From NCBI GenBank assembly GCA_002840355.1, contig PHAL01000006.1:3303-67302 (forward strand): a stretch of DNA of 64,000 nt. The letters run 5' to 3'. The notes beneath the pieces were generated by a model, which was not told the DNA's origin, searched no databases, and saw nothing but the letters and a program-made list of their open reading frames with translations. The DNA comes from Elusimicrobia bacterium HGW-Elusimicrobia-3. GTDB taxonomy: Bacteria; Elusimicrobiota; Elusimicrobia; Elusimicrobiales; UBA9959. Within the stretch, counting starts at the first letter, position 1. Every line of letters begins with the position of its first letter. A program made the translations under genes and the position numbers. Shown here piece after piece: positions 25,830-33,309 of this stretch.

Positions 25830-25919
25830 GCCCATGGCTGTGCCGTATCAAGCGCTATGCGCGACAGGCGGCTAGCTGCCAGCCGGGGCCGGGGGCCCCG
25901 GGGCGGGATATTTTGGGAT

Positions 25920-26579
25920 CTATTTAAGCGCTTCGGAGGCGAAAGCCTTGGCTTCCTCTATGAAGAGCATCCAGTCTTCCACCGGCAGGCGCCGGTTGTC
26001 CTTGAAGAGCAGCGCGTGGCCGGGAGCGCCCTGCACGCGCAGGCCGGGGCGGGACTCGAACCAGGCCGCTCGGCGCGGCGTGAAGAACAGGTGCACCGCC
26101 GCCTCGTCGGGTCCGGTCAGGCGGTATTTCTCGGAGAAAAGCGGAAAGGCGGGCAGGTCTATATCCCTGAAGCCCACCAACTCGCCGATCTTATACATGA
26201 AAGTCTCGGGCTTCAGGTCGAAATGCGGCACGCTGCTGCCGCAGGCGATCAGCGCCACGGTAAAATTATGCGTGTGCGAGTGTTTTCCGGAGCCGGTGAT
26301 ATACCGGTAGTCGAAAACCCGGATCTGCCCGCCGGAGGAGGAGACCTCTATCATATTGACGGCCTTGCGCGAACGGCCCAGGCGGAACAGCTCGATCTGC
26401 GTGCCCTCCAGCGAATAAAGGTCGGGGCCCTCGGGCGAGAACCTCAAGCCCATGGAGGCGGCCAGGGCCATCAGGTCGCTGCGGCGCTTGCGCTCCAGCC
26501 AGAAGGCCAGGGCTATCACCAGCGCCATGGCGCCGATGATCAGCGGGATGGTATAAGTCTCGAGAAAAGCGGCGTCCAT
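25920..26579 (-). CDS. hypothetical membrane-anchored protein
   Basis: 219 aa with an N-terminal TM segment (TIPLIIGAMALVIALAFWL). Start abuts the stop of the upstream lipoprotein gene. Confidence 0.5.
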   Translation of the reverse strand: MDAAFLETYTIPLIIGAMALVIALAFWLERKRRSDLMALAASMGLRFSPEGPDLYSLEGTQIELFRLGRSRKAVNMIEVSSSGGQIRVFDYRYITGSGKHSHTHNFTVALIACGSSVPHFDLKPETFMYKIGELVGFRDIDLPAFPLFSEKYRLTGPDEAAVHLFFTPRRAAWFESRPGLRVQGAPGHALLFKDNRRLPVEDWMLFIEEAKAFASEALK

Positions 26580-26867
26580 TTACTCCCCCTCAAGGCTGGA
26601 AGCGTCCAATGCGTCGGCCCTGTTCTTGGCGGCGTCCTCGTAAACAGCGGCGGCGGCCTTGGCCTTCTGCACCTGGCCGACCGTGGTCTTCAGGTAATTC
26701 CCGGGGGCGGTCAGCGGATTTTGCGACGGGGCCGGGGCGGCCGGCTCGGCGGCGGAAACGGCGGCCGCGGCGGGCTCAGCCTTGGGCACCGGGATATTCT
26801 CCGGTTCTTTCTTTTTACAGCCAACGGCGAAAACCGCGACCAGCAGTACGGCAATTATCTTTCCCAT
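26580..26867 (-). CDS. small putative lipoprotein
   Basis: MGKIIAVLLVAVFAVGCKKK: signal peptide with a lipobox-like AVGC. Ala/Pro-rich linker. Confidence 0.5.
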   Translation of the reverse strand: MGKIIAVLLVAVFAVGCKKKEPENIPVPKAEPAAAAVSAAEPAAPAPSQNPLTAPGNYLKTTVGQVQKAKAAAAVYEDAAKNRADALDASSLEGE

Positions 26868-26875
26868 ATCCCCCC

Positions 26876-27883
26876 CTAAAGTTTTACGATACGCTCGGCT
26901 ATCTGCACCGAGTTGAGCGCCGCGCCCTTATACAGGTTGTCCGACACCACCCAGAGCTGGTACTCGTTGGCGGCGGTCTTGGCCCGGCGCAGGCGCCCGG
27001 CGTAAACCACGTCGGTGCGGTCGCCGTGCTTCAGCGGTGTCGGATAATCTTCCGGCTTCTCGAAGAAGGCCAGGCCGTCGGTGCGCCGCAGTTCAGCCCT
27101 GAGGGCGGCCGGGGAGCACGGACGGGCGGTCTTGAACCAGAGCGCGAGCGAATGGCCGCGCAGCACGGGCACGCGCACCGATGTGCAGCTGATCTTCACC
27201 CGGCTGTCGCCCCAGATCTTCTTCAGCTCAGCCTCCACCTTGTTCTCCTCTCCGGTATTGCCGGCGGCGTCGAAGCCGCCCACCTGCGGGAAAAGGTTGA
27301 AAGCGATGGGATGAGGGAACTTGCGGTCCTTCAGAACCGGCACGCGGCCGGTCTTAAAGTAACCCCTGAGCTCCTCCTCCAGGCAGCGCATGGCGGCCTT
27401 GCCGGCGCCGGAAACGGCCTGGTAGGTGGCGATGCGCAGCTCGGTCACCCGGAATTTGCGGTGTATGCCGGCCAGCGCCACGGCCGCGCCGGTAAGGGTG
27501 CAGTTGGGGCCGGCTATCAGCCGGCGCGCCGGCTTTAGTTCCGCGCCGTTGACCTCGGGGATCACCAGCGGCACGCCCGCGGCCAGGCGGAACTGCGAGG
27601 AATCGTCCACGCACCAGACGCCGGCGGCGGCCAGGCGAGGGGCGAACTTTTCGGAGACTTCCTCGTTGGAGACGAAAAAGGCGATATCGGCCTTGCGCAG
27701 CGCCTCGAAGGACGGTGCGGAGCAGGCGTACTTTTTGCCGCGGAAGATCACCCTGGCCGGCTTGCGGCCGGAGTTGAAAGCGTAGAATTCACCGACGGGG
27801 AAGCGCCTGCTCTCCAGCAGGCCAAGCAGCTCCCCGCCCACCATGCCCGAAGCCCCCACCACCGCGATATTGTATTTTTTCAT
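26876..27883 (-). CDS. asd: aspartate-semialdehyde dehydrogenase
   Basis: NIAVVGASGMVGGELL NAD(P) fold, active-site region IAGPNCTLTG, and TYQAVSGAG motif. Confidence 0.85.
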   Translation of the reverse strand: MKKYNIAVVGASGMVGGELLGLLESRRFPVGEFYAFNSGRKPARVIFRGKKYACSAPSFEALRKADIAFFVSNEEVSEKFAPRLAAAGVWCVDDSSQFRLAAGVPLVIPEVNGAELKPARRLIAGPNCTLTGAAVALAGIHRKFRVTELRIATYQAVSGAGKAAMRCLEEELRGYFKTGRVPVLKDRKFPHPIAFNLFPQVGGFDAAGNTGEENKVEAELKKIWGDSRVKISCTSVRVPVLRGHSLALWFKTARPCSPAALRAELRRTDGLAFFEKPEDYPTPLKHGDRTDVVYAGRLRRAKTAANEYQLWVVSDNLYKGAALNSVQIAERIVKL

Positions 27884-27886
27884 GCC

Positions 27887-28945
27887 TTATTCCCCGGCCG
27901 CCTGCTCCTGCCAGCCGGCCGCCTCTTCGGGGGCCGGGGCGGCGGGTATGGCCGGCACCGTTATCTCCCTGGAATAGCCGATATTCTCGAGGTTGTCCAC
28001 GGCGGCGGCCCGCAGGTAGAACATGTCCTTAGAGATGGCGTCGCGGGCGAAAGTCCAGAAATACGGGGCCCGGTAGAAGTAACGGGTCACCCGCTGCCAG
28101 TCGAACTTATCGTAGGAGACCTCCAGCCAGGCGGCGCGCACGTCCTCGCCTATGGCGGTGAAAGAAACCTCTATCTCCTCGGCGCTGAGCTCGGCGGCGA
28201 AGCCCTTTATGAAAACTTTATACTCGTTAAGCGGCACCAGCTTGATGGCCATGGCCGGCTTCAGGCCCGAGATCGGGGTCTCCAGCACGCCCTCTCCCGA
28301 CGGGGAATTGCCCCGGATAGAGCGGTTCAGCCAGACGTTCTCCTCGCCCTGCCCCCCCATCGCGGCCGCTATGATGGGGGCGCTGGAGGCGGCGGTGAAG
28401 AAGCGCGAAGAGGACCACAGCGCGAGGTAATTGTCCTTCTCGGCGGAAATGCGGGAAAGGGGCACCTCGGCCCACACCCAACGCGACGAGTCCACCCCGT
28501 CGAGAGAGTCATTGGGCAGGGGCTCGCGCGGCAGGTCTTCAGCCTCGGCCAGGAAATAGGTATGGTCGGAATTAAAGGTGGGCGCCTGGTTGAGCGCCAT
28601 GTAGATCTTGCCCGGGATGGGCTCCGTGTCCCAGGAAGCCGGCCAGGATTTTATCTTGGCCCGCCCCAGCTTGGCGCCGACGAAGGCGCGCGCGTAGCCG
28701 CCGGTGGCGGACGGCGGCAGTTTCACGATCCAGCAGTTGTTGTAGCCCACATACCAGTCGGCGTGGAAGCCGCCGTCGGCGTAAAGGTAGTACCTGCCCA
28801 GGTTCTTCTCGGGCGCCACGTAAGACGGCACGAAGGCGGCGGCGGCGGCCGAAAAGGCCGGCGCCTTGCCCGCGTCGGCCTGCTGGGCCTTGGCGGCGCC
28901 GCCGCAGAAAGCCAGCAGGGCCGCGGCCAGTAAATTGCGCATCAT
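27887..28945 (-). CDS. hypothetical exported protein
   Basis: Signal peptide MMRNLLAAALLAFCGGAAKAQQ with a GGAGAGGAG RBS. I found no recognisable motifs. Start could be 28942 or 28945; the ORF-track start at 28963 overlaps parB. Confidence 0.5.
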   Translation of the reverse strand: MMRNLLAAALLAFCGGAAKAQQADAGKAPAFSAAAAAFVPSYVAPEKNLGRYYLYADGGFHADWYVGYNNCWIVKLPPSATGGYARAFVGAKLGRAKIKSWPASWDTEPIPGKIYMALNQAPTFNSDHTYFLAEAEDLPREPLPNDSLDGVDSSRWVWAEVPLSRISAEKDNYLALWSSSRFFTAASSAPIIAAAMGGQGEENVWLNRSIRGNSPSGEGVLETPISGLKPAMAIKLVPLNEYKVFIKGFAAELSAEEIEVSFTAIGEDVRAAWLEVSYDKFDWQRVTRYFYRAPYFWTFARDAISKDMFYLRAAAVDNLENIGYSREITVPAIPAAPAPEEAAGWQEQAAGE

Positions 28946-28959
28946 CGCTCCTCTCCGTG

Positions 28960-29829
28960 TCACTTCTTGATAATTTGTGTTACCCTGTCGAGGTCGTCCA
29001 GGGAAAAATAATGTATCACGATCCGCCCGTTCTGCGGGCCGGGGCCGGGGCAGACCTCCACCTTGGTGCCCAGCGTCTTTTCCAGCGTGGATTCCAGCTC
29101 CACCGCCTCCGGCGTGCGGCGAGAGCCCGCGCGGGGGGCGCGCTGGGCCCGCGGCTTCTGGGCGTGGAAGCCCTGCGCGAAGCTCTCCACGTCGCGCACG
29201 CTCAGTTTCTCGGCCATGATGCGCTGGTAGAACTCCCGGCGCTTGGAAGAATCGGGGATGGAGATCAGCGCGCGGGCGTGGCCCTCGCTGATGGAGCCGG
29301 ACTGTATGCCCTGGCGAATGTCGGCGTCCAGTTCCAGCAGGCGCAGCGTGTTGGAGACGGCCGCGCGGGACTTGCCGACGCGCTTGGCCAGGTCCGCCTG
29401 CGAGACGCCGAAGGCGTCCATCAGCTGCCGGTAGGCCAGCGCCGTGTCCACGGCGTTGAGGTCCTCGCGCTGTATATTCTCTATCAGGGACAGGCCCAGC
29501 TTCTGCTCGTCGTCGAGGTCCCGCTTCACTATGGCGTCTATCTCGGCCAGGCCGGCCAGCTTGGAGGCGCGCAGGCGCCGCTCGCCGGCTATAAGCTCGT
29601 AATGATCCTCGCCGTGGTCCTTCCAGACGGAGATCGGCTGCAGCAGCCCCCGCTCCTTGATGGACTCGGACAGCTCCGCCAACGCCGCGTCGTCGAAGAT
29701 GCGCCGCGGCTGGAAGCGGTTGGGCCGTATGCGGCCAAGGGGAATTTTCTGCACCATGTCCCCGGAAATATCGTTGTTCTGAACCTTGGTTATCAGGGAG
29801 TCTATGCCCCGTCCTAAAGCTTTCCTCAT
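28960..29829 (-). CDS. parB: chromosome partitioning protein ParB/Spo0J
   Basis: MRKALGRGIDSLI..., LRPNRFQPRR box, GLLQPI, ELIAGERRLRA, and HTH region (QADLAKRVGKSRAAVSNTLRLL). AAGGAG RBS at the chosen start. Confidence 0.9.
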   Translation of the reverse strand: MRKALGRGIDSLITKVQNNDISGDMVQKIPLGRIRPNRFQPRRIFDDAALAELSESIKERGLLQPISVWKDHGEDHYELIAGERRLRASKLAGLAEIDAIVKRDLDDEQKLGLSLIENIQREDLNAVDTALAYRQLMDAFGVSQADLAKRVGKSRAAVSNTLRLLELDADIRQGIQSGSISEGHARALISIPDSSKRREFYQRIMAEKLSVRDVESFAQGFHAQKPRAQRAPRAGSRRTPEAVELESTLEKTLGTKVEVCPGPGPQNGRIVIHYFSLDDLDRVTQIIKK

Positions 29830-29855
29830 TATGTTCTCCTTATATATAGGGGCGC

Positions 29856-30692
29856 TCAACCGCCGAGATCGTATTCCAGCTCTTCTTCGTTGACGTAGAG
29901 GTCCGACTTCTTATAGCCGGAAATATCCACGCCGCGGCGGGCCAGGAACTCGAGCGTAAGTTCCTTGTAGGCCAGGGCTCCCCGGGAGCTGGGGTCGTAG
30001 ACGAAAATTGACTGGCCGTAGCTGGGCGCTTCCGCCAGGCGCACATTGCGGGGGATCACCGTCTTGTAGAGCTTGTCCCCGTAATACTTGCCTATCTCTT
30101 CGCGCACCTGGTTGGCCAGGTTTATGCGGGAATCGTACATGGTTATAACGCCGCCGTCCACCTTGAGGCCGGGGTTTATGGCCTGGCGGATCTTATCCAC
30201 GGTATTCATGAAGTAAGCCAGGCCTTCCATGGCGTAATATTCGCACTGCACCGGGGTAATAACGGAATCAGAGGCGTTCAGGGCGTTCACCGTCAGCAGG
30301 CCCAGCGACGGGGGGCAGTCTATGATGATGAACTTGTACATCCCCCGCACCTTGTCGAGGGAGCGCTTGAGCACAGACTCCCGGGAGAATTCGCTTACCA
30401 GCTCTATTTCGGCGCCGGCCAGGTTGTGGCTGGTAGGGATGATGTCCAGCCACTCCACCGAGGTCTGGTGTATGGCAGACTCCACCGGGGCGCGGTTGCA
30501 GAGCACGTCGTAAATATTCTTATTGTTCTTGGTAATGTCCACCCCGAGGCCGGAGGTGGAGTTGCTCTGGGGATCGAAGTCTATCAAGAGCGTCTCATAA
30601 TCGAAAGCGGCCAAGGCAACAGCCAGGTTTATAGCCGTGGTTGTTTTCCCCACCCCGCCCTTCTGGTTAGCTACAGCTACTATTTCAGCCAT
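29856..30692 (-). CDS. parA: chromosome partitioning ATPase ParA/Soj
   Basis: Deviant Walker A (VANQKGGVGKTTTAINLA), IIIDCPPSLG, and typical Soj length plus a ~25 aa C-terminal extension. Confidence 0.9.
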   Translation of the reverse strand: MAEIVAVANQKGGVGKTTTAINLAVALAAFDYETLLIDFDPQSNSTSGLGVDITKNNKNIYDVLCNRAPVESAIHQTSVEWLDIIPTSHNLAGAEIELVSEFSRESVLKRSLDKVRGMYKFIIIDCPPSLGLLTVNALNASDSVITPVQCEYYAMEGLAYFMNTVDKIRQAINPGLKVDGGVITMYDSRINLANQVREEIGKYYGDKLYKTVIPRNVRLAEAPSYGQSIFVYDPSSRGALAYKELTLEFLARRGVDISGYKKSDLYVNEEELEYDLGG

Positions 30693-30713
30693 AATGCTCC
30701 CTTAACGCGCTAC

Positions 30714-30731
30714 TGTTTTCACGTGAAAACA
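30714..30731. other. parS centromere-like ParB-binding site (18 bp palindrome TGTTTTCACGTGAAAACA)
   Basis: Contains the core of the conserved parS consensus TGTTNCACGTGAAACA. Lies 22 nt upstream of the parA start. Confidence 0.8.
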
Positions 30732-30799
30732 GCCCCCATATATATTAGGGTTTCCTTATTCTATAGTTTTGCCAGGGGCCTGTCAATTCCCCTCCCCCA

Positions 30800-30816
30800 T
30801 GTTTCACGTGAAAACA
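30800..30816. other. parS site (TGTTTCACGTGAAAACA; canonical left half, extended right half)
   Basis: Same core, 86 bp from site 1. Confidence 0.8.
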
Positions 30817-30894
30817 CCACCGAGGCAGCAACTGCCACAAAGACCTCCCGGCAATTAACCCACCCATCCTGCTCATGGCCAATTCCCCGCCAGG

Positions 30895-30912
30895 TGTTTT
30901 CACGTGAAAACA
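30895..30912. other. parS site (TGTTTTCACGTGAAAACA)
   Basis: Identical to site 1, 95 bp from site 2. Confidence 0.8.
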
Positions 30913-30989
30913 CCCTGGCAAAACAAAGGGCCCCCAAATCTTACACTTTGGGGGCCCAGAAATGCTTCATGGTATTTTCAGGAGGGCAT

Positions 30990-31006
30990 TGTTTTCACGT
31001 GAAACA
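30990..31006. other. parS site (TGTTTTCACGTGAAACA; extended left half, canonical right half)
   Basis: Same core, 95 bp from site 3. Confidence 0.8.
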
Positions 31007-31015
31007 ACTCCGGAG

Positions 31016-31375
31016 CTACTCTAAAAATATTTCCACCCTGTCCCCCCCATCACGCACATCCACCAAGCCTGCCGGCCTGGCCGCCTGCACGGCGTCATAT
31101 ATCTTGCCGGTGTCCAGAGTGTGTCCCTTGGCCGCCAGATCCCCGGCTATCTTGCCCTCTATGAACGGGGCCAGGAATTTCGCCCAGGCCAGCGGGACCT
31201 TTATATTTGCCCTGGGCTCAGAGCTGCCCCGGGAATAAACACGCACGCGCAGGCTAACGCCCCCCCGCCCAGCACCCGGCGCGGCACCCATGGCCTCCAG
31301 GATCTCCTGGGCCTCGGAAGAAGTGATAACCCCCTTCTCCAGCAATTCCAGCGTCTTAAGCTTGTCCTGCTCCAT
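31016..31375 (-). CDS. hypothetical protein with SHOCT-like N-terminal helix pair (DUF2089-associated)
   Basis: KTLELLEKGVITSSEAQEILEAM resembles a SHOCT-type short oligomerisation motif. Follows the DUF2089 gene by 8 nt. Confidence 0.45.
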   Translation of the reverse strand: MEQDKLKTLELLEKGVITSSEAQEILEAMGAAPGAGRGGVSLRVRVYSRGSSEPRANIKVPLAWAKFLAPFIEGKIAGDLAAKGHTLDTGKIYDAVQAARPAGLVDVRDGGDRVEIFLE

Positions 31376-31383
31376 ATTCCCCC

Positions 31384-31752
31384 CTATTCCTCGAGCCGGC
31401 GAAGCTGGGCGACAGCCTCCCCGGCCTTTATCTCGCCTCGCTCCAGGCGCTGCAGCACCTCGAGACGGCGCTCCCTGGCGGCGGCCCTCATCGAGCCGAG
31501 GCCCAGCGAGTTCAGCAAGGATTCCAGCCTGGCCTTAACGGTAGGGTAGGAAATACCGAGCTGCGCCCCCACCTCCTTTACGCTGCCGCGCGCGGCCAAA
31601 AAAACGCGCAGGAAATTTTCTTCTTCAACCGGCAGGGTCGATAATTCCGAAAGGTCGAATTCACCGCGCACACTTGCCCGGCAATCCGAGCAGCAAAATT
31701 CGGCGATTATCAGTCGCCCGTCGCAAGAAGGACATTTTTTAGGCATTTTCAT
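31384..31752 (-). CDS. DUF2089-family protein (zinc ribbon + HTH)
   Basis: CPSCDGRL...CSDCRASV zinc-ribbon, then FLRVFLAARGSVKEVGAQLGISYPTVKARL, typical of DUF2089. Confidence 0.65.
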   Translation of the reverse strand: MKMPKKCPSCDGRLIIAEFCCSDCRASVRGEFDLSELSTLPVEEENFLRVFLAARGSVKEVGAQLGISYPTVKARLESLLNSLGLGSMRAAARERRLEVLQRLERGEIKAGEAVAQLRRLEE

Positions 31753-31986
31753 TTTATTAACCTGTATATTGATTTTATTGATTCCGTATTAACTATTCTA
31801 TCATAAACCAAAAAACGCCACAAGTCCGCGCCACGGCGTTTTTAAAAGATTAAAAGGGCAATGGCAGGCAGGGGGGCAAAAGACCAGCCTTAAGCCTCCC
31901 AGGGCCCGCCATAGCGGTGGGGCCACGCGAGGCCATAGGGGAAAAAGGGCCTTAATTGAAAATCCAAAAAGCGGGGGGGCGTCAGG

Positions 31987-32016
31987 CAAAAAAAGGGGCC
32001 CGGATCTCCGGGCCCC
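31987..32016 (-). terminator. intrinsic terminator after the small G/D-rich peptide gene
   Basis: Minus strand: GGGGCCCGGA-ga-TCCGGGCCCC (10 bp perfect stem) followed by TTTTTTT. Confidence 0.65.
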
Positions 32017-32035
32017 TCTGTCGGGTCTCAGCAGC

Positions 32036-32278
32036 CTAAAAGTCGGTGCCGCCGCCGGAACCGTCGGGGTCAGCGCCGCCGCCGTCCGAACCGCCGCCGC
32101 CGCAACCGCCGTCGTCGCTGGTGTCGTCGGGGCCGCCATTGCCGCTATCGTCCGAATCGCCGCCGTCGGGCATGGTATCGGCGGCGTAAGCGCTGCCGCA
32201 GAGCAGGCCGGCGCCGCTAACGGTGCCGTAAGCCAGGGCCACGAACATAAGCAGAAAAGCCATAAACAGTTTTTTCAT
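32036..32278 (-). CDS. small exported Gly/Asp/Ser-rich peptide
   Basis: 80 aa with signal peptide MKKLFMAFLLMFVALAYGTVSG...SAYA, then a ~45 aa tail of almost only G, D, S, P, T plus one Cys. It has its own terminator. Confidence 0.45.
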   Translation of the reverse strand: MKKLFMAFLLMFVALAYGTVSGAGLLCGSAYAADTMPDGGDSDDSGNGGPDDTSDDGGCGGGGSDGGGADPDGSGGGTDF

Positions 32279-32399
32279 CTTCCCTCCTAGAGTTAAGGAC
32301 TATTTTAACAAAAATCCCCCGCCGTAGCGGGGGACTTTGGGCCCGGCGCGAGGCGGCTTTACGCCCTATTGCGCGGGGGGACTTTGGACACTTGCCCTG

Positions 32400-33272
32400 T
32401 CAACGCTTGGCGTCGAGCGAGACGAAAGGCACGCCGGCGCCGACGTAACCGGGCAGCACGCCGTTCCACTTCTCGATGGCTTTCAGCTGGGCGTCCACCT
32501 TGCGCAACTCTATGAGCATGGGGGTAACCTGCTCGCGCTGCATGCGCAGGGCCTCGGCCTCGCCGCGCGACTTGGCGATGGCCTGCTCGGCGTCGCGCTT
32601 GGCTTTCACGACGAGCTTTTCGGACATCATGGCCTGCTGCTCGGCCACCTGCTTGTCCTCGACGGCCTTCAGGAACTGGTCGGTGAAGTCCAGGTCGGTA
32701 ACCGAGATATCAGTCACTATTATTTCCTTTTTGCTGAGGCGCTCTTTTACCTCGACGTTAATGGCCTCCACGAGCTCGTTGCGCTCGGAGATGATCCTCT
32801 CGGCGGAATAACGGGCGGAGATGGCCTTAAAGACCTCCTGGACGGCCGGGTCCACGATATTGGAAACATAGCGGGGGCCGAGGTTACGGTAAATGCTGAC
32901 CACGGTCTCCTTCTGTATGCGATGGTTCACCACCAGGCCGACATTCATTGTCTGCAGGTCCTTGGAGAAGGCCTGCGTCTTGATGTCGGCGCGCTGTATC
33001 TGTATGGAGAACTTGGTGATGGACTCGAGCAGCGGCATTTTAAAATGCATACCCTCGCTGTAAGAGTCAACGATGGCCCCGAGGCGGGTCTTAACGGCCA
33101 CCTCTCCGGGCGGCACGATAAAGAAGGCCGACAGGCCGAGCACGGCCGCCGCCACAAGTATCACCGGCACCATCAGTTTGCCTAAAAAGTCTTTTTCCAT
33201 TTTTCCTCCCTGGTTCGGTTTACCCAACTCGTCGAAAAGCCCTTTCAGGTCTTCAAAGAATGAATTGTCCAT
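32400..33272 (-). CDS. SPFH/band-7 (prohibitin-like) membrane protein
   Basis: N-terminal TM segment (LMVPVILVAAAVLGLSAFFIV), SPFH core (FIVPPGEVAVKTRLGAI...) and a C-terminal coiled-coil (AEQQAMMSEKLVVKAKRDAEQAIAKSRGEAEAL). Confidence 0.85.
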   Translation of the reverse strand: MDNSFFEDLKGLFDELGKPNQGGKMEKDFLGKLMVPVILVAAAVLGLSAFFIVPPGEVAVKTRLGAIVDSYSEGMHFKMPLLESITKFSIQIQRADIKTQAFSKDLQTMNVGLVVNHRIQKETVVSIYRNLGPRYVSNIVDPAVQEVFKAISARYSAERIISERNELVEAINVEVKERLSKKEIIVTDISVTDLDFTDQFLKAVEDKQVAEQQAMMSEKLVVKAKRDAEQAIAKSRGEAEALRMQREQVTPMLIELRKVDAQLKAIEKWNGVLPGYVGAGVPFVSLDAKR

Positions 33273-33309
33273 GGGATGATTATATATATAAAGCCGGCGT
33301 CAAACAACC

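Noticed and set aside
25836-25919. GC hairpin (ccggggcc..ggccccgg) as a terminator separating the upstream hypothetical genes from the ArsR operon
   Set aside because: On the relevant (minus) strand the stem is not followed by a T-run. It was therefore not called, although some read-through insulation is possible.
30714-31006. Regularly spaced 17-18 bp palindromic repeats that could be mistaken for a mini-CRISPR array
   Set aside because: The repeats are the conserved parS palindrome adjacent to parAB. They are shorter than CRISPR repeats, only four in number, have unequal 86-95 bp spacing, and no cas genes are present.
30693-31015. Possible replication origin next to parAB
   Set aside because: I found no DnaA-box-like TTATCCACA/TGTGGATAA motifs, no AT-rich unwinding element, and no dnaA or dnaN nearby.
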